Shown here one piece after another: positions 8,876 through 19,186 of a stretch of DNA of 64,000 bases. The DNA comes from an uncultured Bdellovibrio sp. GTDB taxonomy: Bacteria; Bdellovibrionota; Bdellovibrionia; Bdellovibrionales; Bdellovibrionaceae. The notes beneath the pieces were generated by a model. That model worked only from the letters and a program-made list of their open reading frames with translations. It was not told the origin of the DNA and did no database searches. The stretch is taken from the NCBI GenBank assembly GCA_963932905.1, contig CAWVRN010000007.1:1-64000 (forward strand). The letters are read 5' to 3'. Positions within the stretch are counted from its first letter, which is position 1. Each line of letters starts with the position of its first letter. The translations under genes and the position numbers were made by a program.

Positions 8876-10659
8876 AAAACACCTTCCATCTCCATAACCT
8901 TCAGCGCATTTGTGCTAGGGCATGGACCCAATTTCTTTTTATAGTCAAAAGTCATTTTCCCATTTTCAATCGTGTCGGCAAAGTGTTCGTTGACCAAATT
9001 GCTGTACTCTTGATCCATTTGCGAAAGCTCAAGATCATGAGTCGTTACTAAACCAATGCTGGGAGACTGCAATAAGGCTTTAATATATTTTTGAGCCCCG
9101 ATCAAGCGCTCTCGGTTGTTTGTACCCCTAAAAATTTCGTCAATTAGGTAGATGCTGGTATGACTGATACATTCATCCCGAATCTCTTTTAGGTTCTTAA
9201 CTTCCGAATAGAAGGTGGAAAGGGATTCTTCTAAAGAATCCACTCGTTTTAATGATGTCAGAACTTGAAACGGAGATGCGTCCAGCTGACTTGCATGCAC
9301 TTTAGCACCTAAACGCATTAAAACCAAATTGATCCCTAGCGTTCTTAAAAAGGTACTTTTACCTGACATATTGGATCCCGTAATCAGCAGACATTTCCGA
9401 GTCGTCGTATTCAATTCCACATCGTTTGAAACCACATATCGAGCCGGTATTAATGGATGCCGCAAACCGCGACCCATCAAAGTCGCCTGTTCGTCCTTAA
9501 TCACCGGCCATACTCCATTTGTGATATTAGACGAATATTCTGCCAGCAATGCGATCGCCTCAAATTCAACTAAGTCTTCTACCCAACGTAGGTATATTTT
9601 TTCTAACCGTTTTCGTAAATTTTCCGCACGCGCTGTCCAATAAAAATCCCAAGGTAAAAAAGCATGAACGATGGCATACAAAATTACGTTTTGTCGCAAT
9701 CCCATAGCGCCGATAATTCGGTTCAATTCTTGGATCGAACTTTCAAACGACACTCCGTTTGTAGAATCTAAAAAGGACTGCAACATGGGAACGTTTTCTT
9801 TTTCGGCTTTGACGGCATACGAATGAACTATTTTTTTTACTTTTTGCAATCGATTCAATTGCGCTTCAAAACCACTTACCCAAGCTAACGTTTTGAAAAT
9901 TTTTACCTTGGTGTTCACCATTGGGAAAATAAAAAATAGACCAAACAATACTGCGGCGAACGCGGTTATGCCTTTGATCAAAAACAAGCCATAACACACA
10001 ATAAGAATCGCATAGTATGCGTAGACCGCGTACACCCAGGATTGACTATCGACTAACGATTCTTTCAGCAACACATGCGTTGAATTTACACTCGAAGATT
10101 CAGGATTTAAAGTCAGCAACGCCAAACCTTTGCGGCGCGGACCGCGGGACAAAATTTTCACACGATTCTGGCGTTCTTGAATTTGTTGTTTACTTAGTGG
10201 ATTTCGGCGCATCAAATTAATTATCGACTGCAATGATTCTGCATTACCCGTTGTGTGAATGGCTTGTAATAGGCCGTGCGCTTTCACTAAATCCAAATCG
10301 TCCCAGTGAGCCGATTTGTCCAAATTCATTTTAGCAACCAACTGCCCCCAGCGATTGGTCTCATCGGGAGTGTATTTAAAATCTGTTTGATTTTGGCACG
10401 TACGCCGTTCAGTCATTTTTTCGCGCTGTAATAAGTATTCTTTGAATTCACGAATACGTGCGCTTTTATACACCAGAGCCACAAATGCAATGATAAACAA
10501 TATACTGCTGGGATACAAAACAGCCATACCCGAACTAAAAATAACCGGATAAAACCAGCAGACTAAAACAAGCAGACCCACTATTAAGCGGGCCTTTGAA
10601 ACAGTTTCTAATTTTTGATTAACCGAATTCAACGACGAGGATAAAAATTTAGATTTCAC
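8872..10659 (-). CDS. Membrane-anchored MutS-domain-V ATPase (MutS-related protein)
   Basis: ITGSNMSGKSTFLR Walker A, DSLEESLSTFYSEV, LIDEIFRGTN and TTHDLEL. Two N-terminal hydrophobic pairs and no mismatch-binding domain. Confidence 0.9.
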   Translation of the reverse strand: MKSKFLSSSLNSVNQKLETVSKARLIVGLLVLVCWFYPVIFSSGMAVLYPSSILFIIAFVALVYKSARIREFKEYLLQREKMTERRTCQNQTDFKYTPDETNRWGQLVAKMNLDKSAHWDDLDLVKAHGLLQAIHTTGNAESLQSIINLMRRNPLSKQQIQERQNRVKILSRGPRRKGLALLTLNPESSSVNSTHVLLKESLVDSQSWVYAVYAYYAILIVCYGLFLIKGITAFAAVLFGLFFIFPMVNTKVKIFKTLAWVSGFEAQLNRLQKVKKIVHSYAVKAEKENVPMLQSFLDSTNGVSFESSIQELNRIIGAMGLRQNVILYAIVHAFLPWDFYWTARAENLRKRLEKIYLRWVEDLVEFEAIALLAEYSSNITNGVWPVIKDEQATLMGRGLRHPLIPARYVVSNDVELNTTTRKCLLITGSNMSGKSTFLRTLGINLVLMRLGAKVHASQLDASPFQVLTSLKRVDSLEESLSTFYSEVKNLKEIRDECISHTSIYLIDEIFRGTNNRERLIGAQKYIKALLQSPSIGLVTTHDLELSQMDQEYSNLVNEHFADTIENGKMTFDYKKKLGPCPSTNALKVMEMEGVF

Positions 10660-10680
10660 GATTCAACTCTGTTTCAACTG

Positions 10681-12399
10681 TTAGAGTGTCTGCAAGAAGT
10701 GAATCAGATCTTTTTTGTCAGCCGCCGATAAAATCTCTTGGCCGTCTACTATGAAAATACTTTCATCATGTCCCATGTTACCCATACCCTTTTTGCGAGT
10801 ATCAAATTTCAGCTCGGGATCTTTTTTCCATGCAACTGGAGCTACGCTAGGCGCGGGATAACCATTGCAATCGAAATCAAAATCTTTTGTCTTGTCCACA
10901 GCTGGTCCTTGATAAAACTCTTTCTTCCTTAAACGAGCGGGCGTTAAAAGCTCGCAAAGATTAGGAATTGAATTGTTGTGAAAATAAGGCCAACGCGCCC
11001 AAATACCGACAAGTGGTGGTGGGACGTAACCTTTCTGTGCTTGTATTACTATCCCATTGTTTTGCGAAATTTGTAATTGATTTAATTTCTCTAAGGACTT
11101 CATGCCAAGGTAACGATAGGGGTCAGTACCGACATCTTTCACCTGAGTTTGCTTTTTATATACGACCTTGTACGTTTTGATTTGCTCAGCAATGGGTGCC
11201 GATGAAAACTCATTCAAACTCCAATTTTTATGATACGTTCCGTGGCAGCTAGCACAGTTGTCTTTGAATAGTTCCTCGCCCCGTTGAGCACTGCGAATAT
11301 TGATTTGGTTTTCACTAAAGAAATCGGTGATACGTGGGGCCTCGACTGAAAATACGGCCGAAGTTAAATCACGAATAACATGTTCATTCTTATCGATCCA
11401 ACTGTTCAGCTCTACCAAATCAGTACCGCGCCCAATTTCATTCCACAGTATGTTTGTCAGGATCGGATTTCCACTGATAACACTACCATCACTTAGCCAG
11501 CGATTTTTATATTTCAAATTCCACCACACCGCCGGCTTACTGTCCGCAGGAATGGCGTCTAGGTAATCTGCACGTGGATGCTTTTCATAGTATGAATTTT
11601 TCGTCGACCATGCATCTGGATTTCGTTTTTGCAAACTCAGCGCGACTTGTGCCAACGATGTATCTAAACCCAAAGCCAGCGGCGTCACAGCGCCTACAGA
11701 TTTCAAATTTGATTGAACTTGTTTAAACAATTTCATTTCGGCCGGCGTGCTACCCGTATAAACTTGGAACATTGGTGCCGGTGCGACTTTGATAGCTTGA
11801 GTGGCTCTTAAGAAAAATTCGTTTGCACGAGGAAAACGATTAGTTAAACCAAAAACTGTTTTACCAAAAAGTGAACTTGAATGGCAGACTGTGCAGCTAA
11901 GTGTGAAGCCTGTAGCCCCGCCGCGAGCCATCATCCCCATACCAAATCGATGATTGATGATTTTATCTTCGGGAACGTAGACTTTGTAAATTCCGGTTTC
12001 GTTTTGATCAGGATAAGGATTTAACCCTAACCACTTCATCAAATCATCAAACGATTTAAAAATATTTATTTTTTGAAACAGATCTTGAAGAATGCGAATC
12101 AACGGATTTCTGAAATCGTTATCCAAGATTTTTTTAATTGGCCTTAACGGTGGCAAAATCCCAGTGACTTCAATTGGGTAGTACTGCGTATGCCACTGCC
12201 CTTGATTTTTCGAATTTTGAAACTCAGACTCGTCCAGCTGATACGGATTTGGTCTGGGTTCTTCCAGGCGATATTGAGCGGCCCACTGCAAATCCTGCGA
12301 TTTGGATTCCACTTGGGCGTTGGCAGTTATAGTTAAGGCAAGCATAAAGCACGCCCACGCAAGACGACCTTGTCTGAAAAACTGAAATTCCATTTTCAT
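10681..12399 (-). CDS. Exported dihaem c protein, rubber oxygenase RoxA-like
   Basis: Signal peptide ending ANA-Q; two CxxCH motifs (CTVCH, CASCH); DVGTDP, GYVPPPLVGIWA.WPYFHNNSIPNL and GMGNMGH. Confidence 0.75.
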   Translation of the reverse strand: MKMEFQFFRQGRLAWACFMLALTITANAQVESKSQDLQWAAQYRLEEPRPNPYQLDESEFQNSKNQGQWHTQYYPIEVTGILPPLRPIKKILDNDFRNPLIRILQDLFQKINIFKSFDDLMKWLGLNPYPDQNETGIYKVYVPEDKIINHRFGMGMMARGGATGFTLSCTVCHSSSLFGKTVFGLTNRFPRANEFFLRATQAIKVAPAPMFQVYTGSTPAEMKLFKQVQSNLKSVGAVTPLALGLDTSLAQVALSLQKRNPDAWSTKNSYYEKHPRADYLDAIPADSKPAVWWNLKYKNRWLSDGSVISGNPILTNILWNEIGRGTDLVELNSWIDKNEHVIRDLTSAVFSVEAPRITDFFSENQINIRSAQRGEELFKDNCASCHGTYHKNWSLNEFSSAPIAEQIKTYKVVYKKQTQVKDVGTDPYRYLGMKSLEKLNQLQISQNNGIVIQAQKGYVPPPLVGIWARWPYFHNNSIPNLCELLTPARLRKKEFYQGPAVDKTKDFDFDCNGYPAPSVAPVAWKKDPELKFDTRKKGMGNMGHDESIFIVDGQEILSAADKKDLIHFLQTL

Positions 12400-12471
12400 A
12401 TAGAAAAATTGCACCGCACGCCCAGGGCATTTGTCTAGCTTATTTGCTTTACTGGACCAAGAACTGGTCCC

Positions 12472-12828
12472 CTATTTGGTTTCGGTCATTTCCACAGAAC
12501 GGCCGTCAGGATCTAACACGATGGCTTTGCGGCCATCAGGAAAATCAGTGGGATCCAAAATTCCAATGAATTTGTTTGCAACAAACTGCTGAAATTTCGC
12601 ATCGATATCCTTAACTTCAAATGATAGAGTGTAATGTGGCTGCGGATCTTGTTTTAAATCCGGCTTTTCCAAGAAAGCAATCTCGAGCCCGTTTGCCATT
12701 GTCCAATAATACTCGGTGCCCAAACTGACCTTCTTGATTTTAAATGTCAGCCCAAGGTTTTCATAAAACCTTAAGACATCTTTTATCTGCGAAGTAGCAA
12801 TGACAAGCGATCGTAAACTGGCTGACAT
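12472..12828 (-). CDS. VOC/glyoxalase family protein
   Basis: FYENLGL, LSFEVKDID and AIVLDPDGRSVE. Start set at MSASLRS, downstream of TTGACA-N17-TGGAAT. Confidence 0.85.
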   Translation of the reverse strand: MSASLRSLVIATSQIKDVLRFYENLGLTFKIKKVSLGTEYYWTMANGLEIAFLEKPDLKQDPQPHYTLSFEVKDIDAKFQQFVANKFIGILDPTDFPDGRKAIVLDPDGRSVEMTETK

Positions 12829-12943
12829 TCCATAATTCCAAAGGGAAAGGCAATTTCTGTCAAACACTTTATTTTTGAGTGGATTCCGTACCCTTTTTCC
12901 TGCTAACTTAGGTCGCGAGCACTGCAAACGATATGAGGAATAA

Positions 12944-15535
12944 ATGGAAAAAACGTTTCTTAAAGATTATCAAAAACCCCACTACCAAATTCTAAAACTG
13001 GATCTTGAATTTAGTATATTCGATAGCTACGTAACTGTTGGGCAAAAAAGCCAATACCAAATGGAAGAAATTAAACCATTTTTTTTGAATGGCCTAGACC
13101 AAGAAATTTTAGAGCTGACGTTCACTGATAGAAATCAAACTTTGGAATTCAAAGTGGATAAAAAAAATGAAGGCTTAATGATTACGCCTACAACAAAAGA
13201 ATTCACACTGAATATTAAAACAAAAATAAATCCGTACGCAAATAAATCGCTGGAAGGCCTTTATGCTTCGAAGACATTCTTGGTGACTCAGTGTGAAGCC
13301 GAAGGATTTCGCAAAATCACATTCTTTCCAGATCGTCCTGACGTCATGACCATGTACACAGTAACTATCGAAGCCGACATTAAAAAATTCCCAATCCTTC
13401 TTTCTAACGGGAACCGCATTGATAAGAAGTTCGTGAGTGACACTCGTCATCGAGTCACATGGCAGGATCCTTGGAAAAAACCATGCTATTTATTTGCTCT
13501 ATTTGCTGGTGATGTGGATGTTTTAAAAGACAACTATACGACTCGTTCTGGAAAAAAAATAAATTTAGAAATCTATGCAGAAAAAGGTAAAGCGCCTCGT
13601 TGCCAGCACGCCATGGAATCGTTGAAACTTGCCATGAAATGGGATGAGGACAAATTTGATCGCGAATATGATTTATCTGAGTACATGATTGTGGCCATTG
13701 ACGATTTTAATGCTGGTGCTATGGAAAACAAAGGCCTTAATATTTTCAACTCTAAATTGATTCTTGCTGACAGTATGACGGCAACAGATACTGATTTCTT
13801 TGATATTGAATCGGTAGTGGCCCATGAATATTTTCACAACTGGACAGGAAATCGAATTACCCTGCGTAATTGGTTTCAATTATCGCTGAAAGAAGGCTTA
13901 ACTGTTTTTCGCGACCAACAATTTTCTGCCGATATGACAGAAAAAGGAATTCAACGTATTCGTGATGTAGATACATTGAAAAATCGTCAATTCCCTGAAG
14001 ATGCCGGACCAAATGCACATCCTGTCCGCCCAGAATCATGCTATTCCGTCGACAACTTTTTTACGCCAACCATTTATGAAAAAGGCGCTGAAGTTATCCG
14101 CATGATGCAAAATATTTTGGGCAAGAAACAGTTTAAAACAGCGATGGATCGCTATTTTAAAAAATACGATGGTCACGCGATCACGACAGATGACTACCGC
14201 ACCACTATTCTAGATGAATCGGGCTATAATTCTGAGCTCTTTGTAAACTGGTACCAAAAACCCGGTACACCTAAAGTTTCCGTCATCGACACTTGGGATT
14301 CTTTGAATAAGACGTACACTCTACGCCTAGAACAGATCGAGTCTGTTTTTGAAATACCCATCTTTATAGATCTATTTGATCGCGACGGAAAAAAACTAGA
14401 TACTAAGTCGAATCAAATACAAACAAACTCCGACGGCCAGAAACTAATTTTGCTAAGAACACCCACGTTAGATGTAAAATGGGAAGGTTTGTCCGGACGA
14501 CCCGTCGTATCGTTCTTAAGGAATTTTTCTGCCCCCATTATTGTTTCTTGGAACCGCCCCTTAGATGATTATTATTTTTTGGCACTTAACGACGACGACA
14601 CATTCAATCGTAACGAATCTTTGCAGCAGTATTGGTTAAACTCATTTAAGAGCCTTTATACACAGTTAATACTAGAAAAGAAAAGCGATGCTATCAACAA
14701 GTTGCACCCCTTGAACAGCCTGCTAGAATCCATTTTGAAAAATGAAAAACTAGAAGAACGTGTAAAAGCGAAACTGTTCAGCTTTCCGTCTCAATCCGTA
14801 ATCATGCAGTTTATGGGTTTCTTAGATGCAAGTGGTTTTCAAAAAACTGAATCGGCGATGAAAACCTATTTTGGAAAAAACCTAGGCAGCGCTTTGAAAA
14901 ATAAAGTATCCCAGCTAAATTCAGAACTAACTCAGCTAGAAGCTAAGTCTGATCGCTATGATCAAAACAGTGCTGCCAAACGTGAATTGAAAATGAATTT
15001 GGCCGACTTGCTAGAATCGGCAGAAGGACAACCTCACCCGTACCAAACTAAAAATTTTACGTCGGTATTATTCCAATTTGGTTCCCAGCTGAAAGTTTTA
15101 ACTGGCGATGCCCGCAAGCAAGAGATTGTAAAATTTTATACGCAATGGAAATCAGAACCGCTAGTGCTAAACAAATGGCTTCAAACCATTGCGACCAGTG
15201 ATCATCCCGAAACATTCGAAACTATCAAATGGGTTTGCTCCCAAGGGTATTTCAACCAGGAAAATCCGAATCAGGTTTATTCATTGCTTAGGAATTTTGG
15301 AAACAATTTGTTCTACTTCCATCAAGATAATTCTCATTATGATTTCTTCTTAGGAAAACTGGGGGAAATCGATGCGTTTAATCCGCAGGTCGCTGCGCGA
15401 TTAGCTACAACATTACAAGTTGTAGGCAGCTTGCCAGAAGATAAGAAATCGTATCTAGGAAAGTTAATTCAGCAAATGACAGCGTCGAATAAGCTATCCA
15501 AGAATGCATTTGAGGTCCTCTCTAAATTAGCATAA
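12944..15535 (+). CDS. pepN: Aminopeptidase N (M1 family)
   Basis: TQCEAEGFR, GAMENKGLN, HEYFHNWTGNR...LKEG, IYEKGAEV and NPQVAAR; SD GAGGA. Confidence 0.97.
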   Translation: MEKTFLKDYQKPHYQILKLDLEFSIFDSYVTVGQKSQYQMEEIKPFFLNGLDQEILELTFTDRNQTLEFKVDKKNEGLMITPTTKEFTLNIKTKINPYANKSLEGLYASKTFLVTQCEAEGFRKITFFPDRPDVMTMYTVTIEADIKKFPILLSNGNRIDKKFVSDTRHRVTWQDPWKKPCYLFALFAGDVDVLKDNYTTRSGKKINLEIYAEKGKAPRCQHAMESLKLAMKWDEDKFDREYDLSEYMIVAIDDFNAGAMENKGLNIFNSKLILADSMTATDTDFFDIESVVAHEYFHNWTGNRITLRNWFQLSLKEGLTVFRDQQFSADMTEKGIQRIRDVDTLKNRQFPEDAGPNAHPVRPESCYSVDNFFTPTIYEKGAEVIRMMQNILGKKQFKTAMDRYFKKYDGHAITTDDYRTTILDESGYNSELFVNWYQKPGTPKVSVIDTWDSLNKTYTLRLEQIESVFEIPIFIDLFDRDGKKLDTKSNQIQTNSDGQKLILLRTPTLDVKWEGLSGRPVVSFLRNFSAPIIVSWNRPLDDYYFLALNDDDTFNRNESLQQYWLNSFKSLYTQLILEKKSDAINKLHPLNSLLESILKNEKLEERVKAKLFSFPSQSVIMQFMGFLDASGFQKTESAMKTYFGKNLGSALKNKVSQLNSELTQLEAKSDRYDQNSAAKRELKMNLADLLESAEGQPHPYQTKNFTSVLFQFGSQLKVLTGDARKQEIVKFYTQWKSEPLVLNKWLQTIATSDHPETFETIKWVCSQGYFNQENPNQVYSLLRNFGNNLFYFHQDNSHYDFFLGKLGEIDAFNPQVAARLATTLQVVGSLPEDKKSYLGKLIQQMTASNKLSKNAFEVLSKLA

Positions 15536-15537
15536 AA

Positions 15538-15572
15538 AAAGGCGGCTTTGGTTTATCGCCAAAGCCGCCTTT
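15538..15572. terminator. Bidirectional intrinsic terminator
   Basis: Perfect stem AAAGGCGGCTTTGG / CCAAAGCCGCCTTT between convergent genes, with a flanking A-tract. Confidence 0.9.
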
Positions 15573-15598
15573 AAATCAAATCCTATAAATCTAAAAAG

Positions 15599-16030
15599 TT
15601 ATCGAGCCGTACGCAGAGTGCAATCCAAAGAACCACGTTTGTCACCTTGATACACGTGTTGAATCAAGTGAAATTCTGTCGGGATTGCTTCGTCGCGTGT
15701 GGCGCGAGCCGCGTGAGTTACTTTTAATTCAAAAGCCATTGCGCCTTGTTGAGTGGGCAAGATGCCTTGAAACATATCGTGATTGAAATACGCCATTTTC
15801 TTTTCAGATGAAATAACCGGAGGATGTTGGATTGTGAATGCCACGCCTTGAACATCAATGTCTACGCGTTCATTAAGAGGATGAGCTACGTTGTTAACGT
15901 AGTAAATTTTTTTAACAGTGAATTGGCAAGCTTGGCCATTGGCCTGAACACCAGCGTAAGTACCTATTTTTAAGTGAGCCAACGCTGCAGAGCCGATTAA
16001 AAGCATTAACAAAGAAAATTTTTGAATCAT
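15599..16030 (-). CDS. Secreted hypothetical protein
   Basis: Signal peptide ending ALA-H; SD AAGGGGA; 143 aa with a Cys pair. Confidence 0.75.
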   Translation of the reverse strand: MIQKFSLLMLLIGSAALAHLKIGTYAGVQANGQACQFTVKKIYYVNNVAHPLNERVDIDVQGVAFTIQHPPVISSEKKMAYFNHDMFQGILPTQQGAMAFELKVTHAARATRDEAIPTEFHLIQHVYQGDKRGSLDCTLRTAR

Positions 16031-16139
16031 ACGATCCCCTTTTTTGTTTTTATTTACGGCGAGGTAACTAAAAACCTACCCAAGTGTCGAGCAAAATAAG
16101 AAGAATAGTATTAATTGAAAAGACAATGAAAACAAAAGC

Positions 16140-16628
16140 CTATTTTTTAGGCGGAAGCGCCGATGAGGGCTTTACAGCTGCTTTTTGAGGTACTTGTGCC
16201 GGTGTCATAGGTAACTTCAAACGACGATTGATTTCGCCCACGGTATTTCCACTAGCGATATCAACGATGTTGTAGCGAACGATAACCATGTCTGCACTTT
16301 CCGGCTCATCAAAAAACTCAACCAGTAGTCGCTTCGTGCCTTTTTTATTGATGCCAACAATGGGACTTTTATCCAATGATTTTTGAACTTTTCTTGAATG
16401 ATACAAATACTTAACTTCCGCAATTTGAGTCCATGTCCCCGGTAGTTCTTTATTTTGTTCCGCTTGTTTTAAATCTTTAATCAACAAACCTTGAAAGTTA
16501 TTCGAATGCAGAGAACTGGAATCAGCCTGCTTACCACAAATCAAACAAAAATCGTCTTGGGTCCATGATAGGTAGCCAAAAACACCGGCTGCAACAATAA
16601 AAACAAGCGCTACAAATACTCGAAGCAT
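16140..16628 (-). CDS. Membrane-anchored hypothetical protein
   Basis: N-terminal TM helix followed by CLIC; Pro-rich tail; coupled to the upstream nuclease stop. Confidence 0.7.
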   Translation of the reverse strand: MLRVFVALVFIVAAGVFGYLSWTQDDFCLICGKQADSSSLHSNNFQGLLIKDLKQAEQNKELPGTWTQIAEVKYLYHSRKVQKSLDKSPIVGINKKGTKRLLVEFFDEPESADMVIVRYNIVDIASGNTVGEINRRLKLPMTPAQVPQKAAVKPSSALPPKK

Positions 16629-17512
16629 TATCTAAGCCCTCGAAGCCGCCCACCTACATCACTATCGCACAATTTATAATTGTCGTTGATGTATTTGCGC
16701 TGCTCAATTAGTTCGGCCACAGGCATGTTGAACTGATTTACATCGCAGTTATTGGCTTTAAATGCATTCGCGATGGCCTGTGTTTCTGGCGGAATCAAAG
16801 CTAGGCTCCAGATTCGCTTGATCTTCAACCAGTTCACTAGATACGCGCACGTAAAGGATTTATTTGGCGGCAAGTAACTGTATGGAGTGGCATCAGATTT
16901 CTTCATATTCTCTGTAGATGACACCGACAACAGGTGAGTTTTGAATCCAGTGTAATTCGCATACAAACATTTCAGGCGGGCATCCCATTGAAAACCACCC
17001 GAAATATAGACATGCTTTAAGGGAACAAAGTGATCGATTTGAATCTGAGCGGCATCCCCAAATCGTTGATTGCTGTATGGATCGTACCATTCGCCTGTTT
17101 TCACAAAGCAGCGATTAGTAGGATCTAAACCTATAGACGTCAATGAATCACGCTTTAATACAACTCCTCGGGTGTTCATGCAGTTTCCCTGGCGACCATC
17201 TACAATCCACGTTCCAAAATGTTTCGCACGATCGTAACGCTCTTTAGGTACCGGTAGTGGCTGTGATACCAAATTCCAAATCATCAAATTGATAGATGGC
17301 TGCTGTCCCGGCGCTAGTGATCGCACCGACGAAGAAATTATTTCAGCAGGTGATTTAAACCCGACTTGAGCCAATGATTTATCTGCGATTTGATAATAAT
17401 AACTGTACTTAAGATTATTTTCGGGCGCCGAGCCCGTGGGAGCCATAGTCAGAGCGAACGCAATCCCTGCGTTCAACGTCATAAGAATGACTGATTTCAA
17501 TAAACTATTCAC
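16628..17512 (-). CDS. Secreted HNH-type nuclease (DUF1524 family)
   Basis: NTRGVVLKRD, WYDPYS, QIDHFVPL, YAN...LLSVSSTENMKKSD and YLPP..C.Y..W. GTG start at 17512 after GGAGGG, followed by a signal peptide. Confidence 0.85.
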   Translation of the reverse strand: MNSLLKSVILMTLNAGIAFALTMAPTGSAPENNLKYSYYYQIADKSLAQVGFKSPAEIISSSVRSLAPGQQPSINLMIWNLVSQPLPVPKERYDRAKHFGTWIVDGRQGNCMNTRGVVLKRDSLTSIGLDPTNRCFVKTGEWYDPYSNQRFGDAAQIQIDHFVPLKHVYISGGFQWDARLKCLYANYTGFKTHLLSVSSTENMKKSDATPYSYLPPNKSFTCAYLVNWLKIKRIWSLALIPPETQAIANAFKANNCDVNQFNMPVAELIEQRKYINDNYKLCDSDVGGRLRGLR

Positions 17513-17645
17513 GACCCCTCCTTGGGTGTAACAGATTCTTTGATTCTCATTCATACCACCTTGAACTTCAATCCCAAGGCTCAAAAGACCTTAAGCGTTA
17601 TTGTTTTTTATTTGCCTAATTACCTGAAATTTTTTCTAAGAAGAT

Positions 17646-18404
17646 GTGATCGATTTTGAAACCCTTGAACGTCGTTTAGAAAATCTTTGGAATCAATTCC
17701 AAAATAAGCTCTTAAGCAAAGGTGACATAGTCAGCCTCTATTTACTGACTTACAATGACTTATTCCCCGTCGAACACTGGCTAAGCTGGAGCCCAACTCG
17801 GCAACACAGTTCTCAGAAACTTCACACCTTACTTTATCCCAAGCAGAATTCAGAATGGGTAACCTCTTCATTGATGAAAAAAATACCTCCGGAGCTTTCT
17901 TTGGGACAAGTTATGAATCAGTCAGTTTTTAAAAAAGAAACCTTAAGATCAAACAAGGGGCTTGTCCATATCTTCACGCAACCAGACACCGTGAAAATTT
18001 TAGATTACATTCCGACGCCTCTGGAATTGTTGGAAATGCAGGCTCACGGATATCGGTGTGTAACACTACTACGCACCCAGAACTGGTTTAAGTATTCGTT
18101 TGATCATAAACGTAATTTGCGTGACTTTGTCATCCACGACCTTGAGCACATTTGGCAAATGTTCGAAAATCCAAAACTGACCCAGCAACAGATCCAGTTT
18201 TCTAAAAAACTTTATGAACTGACCACCGCTGGCGGATTTGATACACTTCGTAATGATCCCGTATTTTCAGGTGAATTCAATTATATTATCTCTGACATGA
18301 ATACGCATCCCGAACATATGTACGCGACCCTTAAATCGCTTATTCAGCGACAGAAAACACAGCCTCAAGATATCTTGAATCACTTTGAACACTTGCGGAA
18401 ATAA
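17646..18404 (+). CDS. Hypothetical protein with an HDxxH putative metal-binding motif
   Basis: 252-aa ORF containing RDFVIHDLEH and FNYIISDMNTHP. Confidence 0.7.
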   Translation: MIDFETLERRLENLWNQFQNKLLSKGDIVSLYLLTYNDLFPVEHWLSWSPTRQHSSQKLHTLLYPKQNSEWVTSSLMKKIPPELSLGQVMNQSVFKKETLRSNKGLVHIFTQPDTVKILDYIPTPLELLEMQAHGYRCVTLLRTQNWFKYSFDHKRNLRDFVIHDLEHIWQMFENPKLTQQQIQFSKKLYELTTAGGFDTLRNDPVFSGEFNYIISDMNTHPEHMYATLKSLIQRQKTQPQDILNHFEHLRK

Positions 18405-18439
18405 ACAGAAAAGCCTACAATAGATGTACAAAGGCAATT

Positions 18440-19120
18440 ATGAGTACATCTACAAAACGCGACTCCTGTTTAACCTGCGAAGCCAAGCATCACAGTGCTT
18501 TGTGCTCATCTCCTGATGTCATTCAAGTGATCGACAAAGTCAAAGTCGTCTGCCAATACAAATCAGGCCAAATGATATTTCAGCAAGGACAAGATCCTTT
18601 GGGTTTATTCGCCGTACAATCCGGCCTTGTGAAACTAGAAGTAAATTCTTTGGAAGGCCATTCTCATACTCTGCGAATTTTGGGCCCGGGTGGTATCGTT
18701 GGATATAGGTCGCTTTTTGCACGCGAGCCTTATAAGGCTAATGCCATTGCCATGGAAGATACCTCCCTTTGCTATGTTCCCAAAACGGAACTATTCCAAG
18801 TTTTTGTTGAACATCCCGAAGCGACCCTAAACTTCATGCAGGCGATTTGCAAAGACTTGCGATCGGCAGAAGAAAAATGGATAGATCAAATGGACAAAGA
18901 AGCTTCTGAGCGTGTCGCTGAAGCTATCCTATTTTTACAAGATCATTTCAACGAGCAAAAATGGACTCGCAAAGAAATTGCCCAATGGGCTGGCACAACA
19001 CCCGAAACTGTCATGCGCACATTGGCCCAATTTGAAAAAGAGGGCCTGATTGATCAAGCTGGACGAAAGATTCTCATTCTGGATCGTGCTGGGATCCAAT
19101 CTAAAGCTTCCCATTTGTAA
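18440..19120 (+). CDS. Crp/Fnr-family regulator with an N-terminal Cys cluster (FNR-like O2 sensor)
   Basis: CLTC...C...C N-terminus, cNMP-binding fold, HTH TRKEIAQWAGTTPETVMR; lies just upstream of the cbb3 cluster. Confidence 0.9.
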   Translation: MSTSTKRDSCLTCEAKHHSALCSSPDVIQVIDKVKVVCQYKSGQMIFQQGQDPLGLFAVQSGLVKLEVNSLEGHSHTLRILGPGGIVGYRSLFAREPYKANAIAMEDTSLCYVPKTELFQVFVEHPEATLNFMQAICKDLRSAEEKWIDQMDKEASERVAEAILFLQDHFNEQKWTRKEIAQWAGTTPETVMRTLAQFEKEGLIDQAGRKILILDRAGIQSKASHL

Positions 19121-19136
19121 ATTAAAATTTCGGAAC

Positions 19137-19150
19137 ATGATGGCCGTCAT
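19137..19150. promoter_or_regulatory. Candidate FNR/CRP-type operator ATGAT-N4-GTCAT
   Basis: Palindrome ATGA-N6-TCAT 36 bp upstream of ccoI, same geometry as the FNR box TTGAT-N4-ATCAA. Confidence 0.6.
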
Positions 19151-19186
19151 ATTTAAATAAGTCCATATAGACGATTCTAATCGTAT

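Noticed and set aside
8872..10659. Mismatch-repair mutS or mutS2
   Set aside because: No mismatch-binding or Smr domain, and it has TM helices.
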